Origin: a virus
Taxonomy: Duplodnaviria; Caudoviricetes
Strand: one strand, 5' to 3'
DNA: 27,096 nt
Virus record (IMG/VR): IMGVR_UViG_3300048574_000507
Location: 1-27,096 of that record
Below the pieces are notes generated by a model. It was given only the letters and a program-made list of their open reading frames with translations. It did no database searches and had not been told where the DNA came from. The position numbers were made by a program, and so were the translations under genes. Positions 14,959 through 22,437 of the stretch are shown piece after piece; position 1 is the stretch's first letter, and every line of letters starts with the position of its first letter.

Positions 14959-15708
14959 ATGTTTGGCGTTTTAGATATCATCGAACGGTTGCCTTTTGAG
15001 CTGCAGGCGCGCCTTGAGGCGGATGCGTTCTTCGCGGACATCCCGGTGCTGGTGGCTGAGGACTGGAAGGTGAAGGCGGCGATTGCGCGCAAGCAGGCGC
15101 TGTTCACTGAGAAGGGTGGTAAGCGCGGGGCGGCGGTGATCATTCTCCCGATGATCGGGGAGGATATCTACCCCAACCTGGCGTTTGGTCCGCTCACACT
15201 GCAGCCCGCGTTCCAGGTGATCGAGCACGGCGAGTTGAATAATGATCCGAAGGGCACGCGCAAATCGGCTCGGCGCATTGCCCGGCGCATTGTGTGTGTG
15301 GTGAAGCCGTTGTCCCTTGGCGGACTGGTGACGGAGTTTGTCGCGGGCAAACCGCTGATTGATTCGGTGGATCTGGAGGCGGAGCTGGGCGCGCTGGTCT
15401 CCGCGCTGCAGGTGAATTTCCAGACCATCGAGGCGGACGCCGAGGAGCTGTGCCAGGTGGCGGCGCCGCAGTTTGCAACATTCCCCGCGGAAACGCCGAA
15501 GGTGCAGATCACGTGTGCGACTGAGGGCGCAAGCATTTGGTATTCGCTGAATGATGAATATCCGGCGCCTGGTCGCGATGGGGCGATTGCTTACACCGCA
15601 CCGATTGATGTGCCGGTGAGTGGGCTGACGATCCGGGCGTGCGCGTTCAAGGCGGGGATGATCGATAGCGCGGTGCCGAGGGGGACGATCTCGGTGGATG
15701 GGGTTTAA
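14959..15708 (+). CDS. Putative tail terminator with C-terminal Fn3-associated (CHB_HEX_C-like) domain
   Basis: Position before the tail tube. C-terminal VAAPQF...VQITCATEGASIWYSLND...YTAPIDV...TIRACAFKAGMIDS. Confidence 0.65.
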   Translation: MFGVLDIIERLPFELQARLEADAFFADIPVLVAEDWKVKAAIARKQALFTEKGGKRGAAVIILPMIGEDIYPNLAFGPLTLQPAFQVIEHGELNNDPKGTRKSARRIARRIVCVVKPLSLGGLVTEFVAGKPLIDSVDLEAELGALVSALQVNFQTIEADAEELCQVAAPQFATFPAETPKVQITCATEGASIWYSLNDEYPAPGRDGAIAYTAPIDVPVSGLTIRACAFKAGMIDSAVPRGTISVDGV

Positions 15709-15735
15709 ACAGAAGCAAACGGAGTTAACGAAGAA

Positions 15736-15755
15736 GTGCTAGCCCGCACGGGGCA
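15736..15755 (+). repeat. 20-nt intergenic motif GTGCTAGCCCGCACGGGGCA, copy 2
   Basis: 19/20 identical to 13446-13465. Confidence 0.8.
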
Positions 15756-15780
15756 AAAAACAAACTGAAGGAACAAATTT

Positions 15781-16707
15781 ATGGCAATTACTAGAGCTTC
15801 ATTGGGCCGGGGTCCGGCGATAGTCACGTTGGGCGGGGTAACGCTGTTCACGCGGGATGATATCGTGCCTCGGCATGCGCCGGTGTGGAATCCGGTTGCA
15901 TGTTCGCTTCACGGCCAGGTGGACAAGTTCAAGTCCGACCTGGTGATCAAACACTCGTTCACGCTGTTCGGGCATTGGTCGAATCTCTCGGTGCTGTTCC
16001 CCTCCGCGCTGATGAATCCATCGGTGGGCACCAGTCTGTTCGGCACGACGGATGCCGCGATGGTGATTCTGGCGCGAAATGGGGATCAGATCACGTACCA
16101 CAACTCGCGGATCACGAAGCTGATGGACCTCTTCCTCGGGGTGGATTCGGAGTTGTTCGCGGCGGCGATCGAGGTGACGTCGCTCCTGGCGAATAACAAG
16201 AACCCGGAGGACTCGGCGGCTTATTTCACGCGGGATACCGCGACGTACACGGAGACGAGCTTTGCCCTAACCACGTTCAAGAAGTCGCGGTTCTCGGCGG
16301 CATGGGGTGCGAAGACGGGGTTTACGTCGTTCGTGGGCGAGAAGGGTTTCAACGTGGGCTGGCAGCTGGATATCAAGCCACAGGTCGTGGATGGCCTGGG
16401 CACGGTGGATATGTATGTCGGCCCTGGCGGCCTGGTGGGTGGGCTGAAGTGTGTGCCGATTGGCCCGACGATGGCCCAGGTGGATACGCAGCAGGCAGTG
16501 GGGACGGCGCATGGCGCATTGCTGAGCGCGGGCGCGGCGGATCTGACGCTGACGGGCACCGGGGTTTCCGTGGTGCTGAAGAATGCGGGCATGACGGAAA
16601 GCGGGACGGCGTTTGGGGTGGATCCGCTGCGGGTGGGTGAGGTCGCGTGGGAAACGACGCGAGGGTTTGCATCGGGTGTGGCGGCGGCGGTGGCGACTGT
16701 TGCGTAG
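15781..16707 (+). CDS. Putative major tail tube protein
   Basis: Position, size, N-terminal GRGPAIVTLGG, beta-rich composition, AAGGA SD. No sheath gene is present. Confidence 0.65.
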   Translation: MAITRASLGRGPAIVTLGGVTLFTRDDIVPRHAPVWNPVACSLHGQVDKFKSDLVIKHSFTLFGHWSNLSVLFPSALMNPSVGTSLFGTTDAAMVILARNGDQITYHNSRITKLMDLFLGVDSELFAAAIEVTSLLANNKNPEDSAAYFTRDTATYTETSFALTTFKKSRFSAAWGAKTGFTSFVGEKGFNVGWQLDIKPQVVDGLGTVDMYVGPGGLVGGLKCVPIGPTMAQVDTQQAVGTAHGALLSAGAADLTLTGTGVSVVLKNAGMTESGTAFGVDPLRVGEVAWETTRGFASGVAAAVATVA

Positions 16708-16777
16708 TTCCCGCGAGGTGTCAGTGCTCACTATTTTTAAACGACAAAAATAGATGAGAACTGACACCGTCGCTCGG
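16708..16777 (+). repeat. 70-nt palindromic element, copy 2 (intergenic, starts at the tail-tube stop codon)
   Basis: 57/70 identical to 9542-9611, with compensatory changes. Confidence 0.9.
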
Positions 16778-16802
16778 GCGTGGTGAAACAGAGAATCAAG
16801 TT

Positions 16803-16994
16803 ATGAAAGACAAAATCACAACGATTGAAGGGCTCATTAATGGGCTGTTAAAGGGGCCTCAAGGGCCGTTTGTAGATGGAGCCATCGGAGGCTTGAAGAC
16901 GGCCCACGATAATCTGCGGTGGCATATGGAGCGGGCTGCAGCGGCAAAAGCTATTGACCAGCAGCTCGCTGAAATCTCCGGAATGAAGAAGTGA
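16803..16994 (+). CDS. Small helical hypothetical protein
   Basis: Clean ORF, GTGA-coupled to the next gene. Confidence 0.65.
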   Translation: MKDKITTIEGLINGLLKGPQGPFVDGAIGGLKTAHDNLRWHMERAAAAKAIDQQLAEISGMKK

Positions 16995-17389
16995 AAGCCG
17001 AATGGACATCGACGACGCCGGTGGTCGCTAAGGTGACGCTGGGGGATGATGCGGCCAAGCATACGCTGGCCCTGGAGTCGCTGGGGGGCGGCGCGTCTGA
17101 GCAGGTGGTGCCGTTGTTCCGCGCGGCGAATCCGGCGCGGTTCATGCGCGGGAATAGCGCGGGCGAGGTGGTGATCTCGGCGGCGAAGTCGCATGAGTCC
17201 AGGGCGGCGGCCGCGACTTACTTCCTGGCGGAGTATGGCCGGATCAACCAGGTGGGGACGCTGGAGCTGTCGATTGATGCGACCAAGCTGACGTTTGCCT
17301 CGGCGACTTTGAAGGCGGTGACGGCCGTGGGGGTGGAGGGGTTGCGGTGGACGGTGCGTTACCAGTTTGGGATTACGACGGTTGCTTAA
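16991..17389 (+). CDS. Hypothetical beta-rich tail protein (possibly tube/Dit-like)
   Basis: Position in the tail module and alternating hydrophobic strands. The fold is a guess. Confidence 0.6.
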   Translation: MKAEWTSTTPVVAKVTLGDDAAKHTLALESLGGGASEQVVPLFRAANPARFMRGNSAGEVVISAAKSHESRAAAATYFLAEYGRINQVGTLELSIDATKLTFASATLKAVTAVGVEGLRWTVRYQFGITTVA

Positions 17390-17416
17390 CCGCAGAGAAC
17401 GCAGAGAACGCAGATA
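17389..17416 (+). repeat. 9-nt-period intergenic repeat (CCGCAGAGA ACGCAGAGA ACGCAGATA)
   Basis: Starts at the TAA of the upstream gene. Confidence 0.85.
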
Positions 17417-17422
17417 CAATTT

Positions 17423-18076
17423 ATGAAGATGGCATTGGGAATTATAGCTTTGATGGGAGTTATGGTGCTGGCTGCCTCGGGGGCGGAGGTGGTTTTCTCG
17501 ACCTTCCAGCTTAGTGGAGCGCCGAATAATCGACCGATCCAGATCGAGATGGATGGCGATGTGGTGCTCGCGAACACAAATCTTTTCTATAGCCGCACGA
17601 TGACGGTGCAGCCGGTGGCGGGCTTGGCGCGGACGAATTTGGTGTGCGCGAACTACATTGTGATCCTGGACGGGAAGCGGCTGAGGATGCCGGTACCGGC
17701 GGGGGATGGAGTTTATTCGGCGGCGGAGTTGATCACTTCGGGGGCGACGGTGATGAATGCGGCGCTGCCGGCGGCTTACCTACAGCAGGTGCAGGCAATG
17801 AGTAATGCGGTTCAGAGCCAGGTGTCCGCGCTGTTGGCGGCGGTGGCCGTAACGAACTCGACATCGACCACACTGCCCTGGAGCGGAGGAACAAGCGGGA
17901 CCGCATATCACATGGAGTTGGTTTTGGTGGACGGAGTGCCGCTAATCACACTTGAGCCTGGTGCGGGAACTGGAAGTTCGACGCTGCCTTGGTTGGGTCC
18001 GAGTGATGGGCACAATTATAAAGCGGTATTGGTGATGGTGGATGATGTGGCTGTTTTGGACTTAGAACAATTATGA
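17423..18076 (+). CDS. Signal-peptide protein with duplicated C-terminal motif
   Basis: MKMALGIIALMGVMVLAASGA|EV. Two S(T/S)TLPW.G...Y...LV.VD.V....LE units. Confidence 0.8.
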   Translation: MKMALGIIALMGVMVLAASGAEVVFSTFQLSGAPNNRPIQIEMDGDVVLANTNLFYSRTMTVQPVAGLARTNLVCANYIVILDGKRLRMPVPAGDGVYSAAELITSGATVMNAALPAAYLQQVQAMSNAVQSQVSALLAAVAVTNSTSTTLPWSGGTSGTAYHMELVLVDGVPLITLEPGAGTGSSTLPWLGPSDGHNYKAVLVMVDDVAVLDLEQL

Positions 18077-19725
18077 AACTTCAAACTCTATTAATAGGCG
18101 CCCTGCTCTTGGCGCTTAATGCGGGCGCGGCCTACTTGGGAGTAAATACGAACGGCACTATCACCGCACCTTTGAATTTTCCTGCGGCAAATGGGCTGGC
18201 GACCGTGCCCTATGTGGCCGCTCAGGTAGCGGAGCAGGCGGCGGCAACAGCGGCGGCGGTGAATACGGCCAGCAATGCGCTGGTGCAGCAGATCGTGGGT
18301 GGGTCTGCGACGAATGCGATCAATAATAATGGGGGATCGGGTTCGAACATTACGCTGAACGGCACCACGATGTTTTCGGGGTCGGGCGCGGGGCAGATCG
18401 GGTTTTATAACGCCAGTGGATCGACCCTTGTGGCAGGGTGGAACGGGAGTTTCTGGTATGGCATCGCTGCGGGGTTGACCGGGCTGAATGCGTCGTCGCT
18501 CGCGGTTGGGATTGTTCCGCCGGCGCGCCTCTCCGGCATCTCAACGAACGAGATGGACCCGGCGACGGATGCATTATATCGAGCGCAGGGTTCTGGTGGT
18601 GGGCTGGGTGGTGCAACGAACACGGCCAACACATGGTACCAACTGCAGACGTTTGCGGGTGGAATTGCGCTGCCGGGGCCGGTGGCTATTGGTGCGCTCT
18701 CGTTTGGGACGTTGTCGGGGACGAATCTCGTGGCAAACCTAGCGCAGAGCACGAATTTGCCGCGCACTGGAGTGCAGGGGCTGGAGAGTGCGCTGGCGCA
18801 GATGACCAACTCAATCACCGCTCTTGCTGGTGGGCCGACGAATGGGGTGAGCGCCGGGACTGCCACGAACATCGCTGACACGGTAGTGGCTCGGTCAGGG
18901 TTGGCGACGACGAACATGCTGAACGCGACGAACTCGGTGCTGGCCCAGAAGCAGCTCGACGGGACGAATCAACTGAATACCGCGCTGGTGGCGAAGATCA
19001 ATTTGGCTTCGAATGAGGTAGTGAAGAGCGAGGCGTGGTTGAGGCAAGCGGGAAGGCCGAATCTGTCGAATTGGGCGGGGGTCGCGACGAGTAGCAAATT
19101 GAGCGTGGGGCAGTCGATTCCGGTGCCAACGGGAGATTGGGTGGCGGTTTTCACAGATCCGTATGGCGCCGCAAACCTTCTCGAGTACTCGGACACGGAG
19201 GGGAGATGGGTGATTCCGGGGGCAATTGGGTTGCGGGTGCAGGATCAATTGATGGCGTATCAATTGTACGTGGAGTCGACCGCGACAATGTCTGGGAATT
19301 GTGAAGTGTGGGCGAATTTCGATGTGAATGGCGCCAGCCGGTTGACGGGTGTTTTGCTGCTGGATGATGGGCCGGCTGGGGCGACGGGGATGCAGGCTGT
19401 GGGGACGAACATTTTAACGCTGTTTGGCCCGATGAAATTTGAGGGCACAACCTACGCGGATTCGATATATTTTAGCACCGCAGAAATGCATCTATCGGGG
19501 GATCGCGTGATGAAGCTCCAGGACGCGGGCTGGGACGTGGATGGTTCGGTGACAGCGGCTGAGGGGTACTTTTTACCGTCCGCAACTCCTGCGAGCTGGC
19601 CGACTGCTCCCCGCACGATGGGCGAGGCTTACTTTGGGCAGTCGAACGGGGTGGTCTACGTGCTGACCAGCATTCCGGGCAGTGGGCAATGGGACAAAAC
19701 GAATCTGATCGCTTCACCTTACTGA
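18073..19725 (+). CDS. Signal-peptide, fibre-like protein (Gly/Ala/Thr/Asn-rich)
   Basis: MKLQTLLIGALLLALNAGA|AY. Fibre-type GLTGLNASSLAVGIVPPARL motif, helical stretches and a beta-rich C-terminus. Confidence 0.8.
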   Translation: MKLQTLLIGALLLALNAGAAYLGVNTNGTITAPLNFPAANGLATVPYVAAQVAEQAAATAAAVNTASNALVQQIVGGSATNAINNNGGSGSNITLNGTTMFSGSGAGQIGFYNASGSTLVAGWNGSFWYGIAAGLTGLNASSLAVGIVPPARLSGISTNEMDPATDALYRAQGSGGGLGGATNTANTWYQLQTFAGGIALPGPVAIGALSFGTLSGTNLVANLAQSTNLPRTGVQGLESALAQMTNSITALAGGPTNGVSAGTATNIADTVVARSGLATTNMLNATNSVLAQKQLDGTNQLNTALVAKINLASNEVVKSEAWLRQAGRPNLSNWAGVATSSKLSVGQSIPVPTGDWVAVFTDPYGAANLLEYSDTEGRWVIPGAIGLRVQDQLMAYQLYVESTATMSGNCEVWANFDVNGASRLTGVLLLDDGPAGATGMQAVGTNILTLFGPMKFEGTTYADSIYFSTAEMHLSGDRVMKLQDAGWDVDGSVTAAEGYFLPSATPASWPTAPRTMGEAYFGQSNGVVYVLTSIPGSGQWDKTNLIASPY

Positions 19726-19733
19726 TTTTTACC

Positions 19734-20867
19734 ATGAAAAAATTGATCTTCATTTTGATGGGTTTGGCGGCTGTAGCAAAGGGTTACGGCCAGGTCTATA
19801 TCACGGGCGGGGAGATGTCCGGCTTGAGCGGATCAGGCTCGGGCGGGGCGTCTGATTTTTCCGGGGTATGGACTTCGACCAACAACACGGAGTCCGCAGT
19901 GTGGACCAATTCCCTGGGGACAAATCGTGCGATTTGGATGCAGTCGTGGGTGGTTGGGTCGGGGCCGACAAATTGGTACAGCCGACAATCGGCGCATCTT
20001 TTTTGGCGAGGAACCGGGGTGACGCACCTGGCGGCGAGCAGTGCGATTGCGGTGAACCGGAGTGACGCGGGGATTACCACCAGGTGGGACACGAACACAC
20101 AGCCGGGGGATGCCGTGCTGTACGTCTCGGGGATGACAAATGAGAATATGGCATGGTCGTTTCGTGGTTTGATGACAACGACGACGAATGGGGTGGCGGC
20201 GGTGGCAAGCCCGTCAACTCCAACTCCAGTTGGGTGGTGGAAGTTGAACGATGCCAGCGGGATTACTGCGGTTGATTCAAGTGGAAATGGGCTGGCGGGG
20301 TATTTGTCAAACAGTCCGACGTGGGGGACGGGGCCAAATACCAACGGAGATATCGTGTTTTACAGCGGTAACACCAACCAGGCCATATTTTGCACTGCTA
20401 ATGCGCTTCTGAAGGCAACGAACTCCGGGACGATGATGTGCTGGATGAAAATGGCAAACAGTGTCGGATCATATCAGAATTTAATGTCGAACGGTTCAGC
20501 TGCTGGCAGCCAGGCGAATGGTGTTAATTTTCTAATACTCAATAGCAAATTGCTAGGCTCAATTAACAGTGGCACCACCCAACATGCAACCCTATCCGGC
20601 ACAAATACGATGGCAGTTGGGTCATGGTATCATGCAGCGTTTACCTGGGATGGGTCATTCTTGGAAATCTACCTGAACGGTGTGCCAAACAATACCAATC
20701 AGGCGCAGACATTCGCCCCCACTGCGGCGTACGGTCTCAAAATTGGAAGCGATGGGGCGGGTACGACCGGAACCTTTTTCCGGTCTGAAATTGACGATGC
20801 TCGGTTTTACACAAATGCGCTGAGTGCGTCTGACATTGCTGCAATATATGCAGCGGGAGCCAAATAG
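19734..20867 (+). CDS. Signal-peptide protein with C-terminal LamG/concanavalin-A-like domain
   Basis: MKKLIFILMGLAAVAKGYG|QV. LamG motifs VGWWKLNDASG...DSSGNG, WYHAAFTWDG...IYLNG and IDDARFYTNALS. Confidence 0.9.
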   Translation: MKKLIFILMGLAAVAKGYGQVYITGGEMSGLSGSGSGGASDFSGVWTSTNNTESAVWTNSLGTNRAIWMQSWVVGSGPTNWYSRQSAHLFWRGTGVTHLAASSAIAVNRSDAGITTRWDTNTQPGDAVLYVSGMTNENMAWSFRGLMTTTTNGVAAVASPSTPTPVGWWKLNDASGITAVDSSGNGLAGYLSNSPTWGTGPNTNGDIVFYSGNTNQAIFCTANALLKATNSGTMMCWMKMANSVGSYQNLMSNGSAAGSQANGVNFLILNSKLLGSINSGTTQHATLSGTNTMAVGSWYHAAFTWDGSFLEIYLNGVPNNTNQAQTFAPTAAYGLKIGSDGAGTTGTFFRSEIDDARFYTNALSASDIAAIYAAGAK

Positions 20868-20868
20868 C

Positions 20869-22437
20869 ATGAAGCTGATTTTAGCAATTGTGGCGATGGT
20901 CGCACTTCTCGTTCCGGTTCGGGCGGGAATCACAAATACCATCTCGTGTGATTATTTGGCTATATCCAACGCCATCGCCGTGGTCGGAGATGGTGACACG
21001 ATTCACATACAACCTGGCGCGTGCATGATGAGTAATAGTATTGTGCATGATCGTGCCGTGTCGTTCACTTTGCGTGGATCCGGAACTAATCTCACGACAC
21101 TGATTTCAACAAATTTAGCTCAGGTCATAGGATTTCGGAAGAACAGCAGCAACCTGTTGACCGTCTCCGACTTGAACTGCGTAGGTCACATCAATAATTC
21201 TTACGGATTTTTTGCGGTTGGAGCAAACGCACCATCCGTGAAAATGAATGGTCCAACAAGGTTCACGAGGATACAGATGACCAACTGCATCTATCGCGGT
21301 TTTGATGTTGGTGCCAGCGATTCCTGGGGGGTAATCGACCACTGCTATTTTGTCACGAAGGCCGGGGCCGCGTGTGAGCCATTCACTTTTCGCGGGAACG
21401 ATATTGTCTCTTGGACAAATAGCAACCCGATGGGGACCACGAACATGTGGTATGCAGAGGACAATTATTGCTACAATGGAAACAACGCAGGAAACGGGTT
21501 CTTTGATGCGTATGCCGGAGCGGCTTTTTGCATGAGGTACAATTTTCTGGACGGCAATGCTCCTTCAGGCGTTCACGGTTACGATTCGCAGTATACATCG
21601 ACGCGGTGGTGGGAAATCTACAACAATATTTTTACCAACATAACTCCGATAGTTTTGGCGATTGAAATTCGCGGCGGAACTGGAAATATCTACTCCAACA
21701 AGGTGTACGGAGCTGGCGACTTTCTTCAGCTTGCTTACTACCGATCATGCCTCTATGCCCATTCAATCGTGACTGGAATAGGAGTGCCGGGGGTTACAAA
21801 TACCATCGACTTTGGAGGAATCCAACCAACCAACGGGCAAACCATTGCGCTAGGCTTTAATGATGAGCTTTATACGTTCGAGACTACCCTTACCACGGTG
21901 AACAAGCGCGTTGCACGTGGGGCATCGTTGGCCGAATCTCTCACGAACCTGGGCGCAGCCTTGCAGCTTTCTGGTGGTGCCGGGACGAAATATGCGACCG
22001 GGATGACGCGGAATAGGCAATGGGTGCAATCGTCCGTTAGTGCTACGGAATTGAAGATTTTCAACTGCCTGGATGGCAACATCGACGGCACTGGGTATCC
22101 GGCAAATCAGCAGCCGGGCGTGATTCAGGCGTGGCCTTACGGAACAAATGCGCAGACGTTGCTACCGATTTACGTTTGGGGAAATATGCAAGATGGAACA
22201 AACGCAACGACAAACCTGAAAGACGACTCTGCGGTCTGTAATCACAACATCACTAATTTGGTGAAGCTTGGAAGGGATTATTTCAATTCGGCCAGGCCGG
22301 GATACACGCCGCTGGCATACCCTCACCCGTTGGTTTCGGGAGCCGAGATGCCACCATACGTTCCGCCGTCGGGCGCAGTCCTGAATGGGAGGGTGTCGGG
22401 GAGCACGACTGTCACGGGAAGGGTGGGGGTTAATTAA
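20869..22437 (+). CDS. Signal-peptide right-handed beta-helix (pectin-lyase-like) protein, possible depolymerase or adhesin
   Basis: MKLILAIVAMVALLVPVRA|GI. AI...GDTIHIQPG start, Asn/Cys ladders (IDHCYF, AEDNYC, MRYNF, IYNNIF, IYSN), C-terminal RDYFN...PGYTPLAYPHPL. Confidence 0.8.
   Translation: MKLILAIVAMVALLVPVRAGITNTISCDYLAISNAIAVVGDGDTIHIQPGACMMSNSIVHDRAVSFTLRGSGTNLTTLISTNLAQVIGFRKNSSNLLTVSDLNCVGHINNSYGFFAVGANAPSVKMNGPTRFTRIQMTNCIYRGFDVGASDSWGVIDHCYFVTKAGAACEPFTFRGNDIVSWTNSNPMGTTNMWYAEDNYCYNGNNAGNGFFDAYAGAAFCMRYNFLDGNAPSGVHGYDSQYTSTRWWEIYNNIFTNITPIVLAIEIRGGTGNIYSNKVYGAGDFLQLAYYRSCLYAHSIVTGIGVPGVTNTIDFGGIQPTNGQTIALGFNDELYTFETTLTTVNKRVARGASLAESLTNLGAALQLSGGAGTKYATGMTRNRQWVQSSVSATELKIFNCLDGNIDGTGYPANQQPGVIQAWPYGTNAQTLLPIYVWGNMQDGTNATTNLKDDSAVCNHNITNLVKLGRDYFNSARPGYTPLAYPHPLVSGAEMPPYVPPSGAVLNGRVSGSTTVTGRVGVN

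Noticed and set aside
16850-16856. In-frame A AAG GGG heptamer as a possible tail-chaperone -1 frameshift site
   Set aside because: The -1 frame stops at 16910-16912, so it would not fuse to the next gene, and the motif is non-canonical.
3402-17416. Short repeats as a CRISPR array
   Set aside because: No regularly spaced 25-45-nt repeats with unique spacers, and no cas genes.
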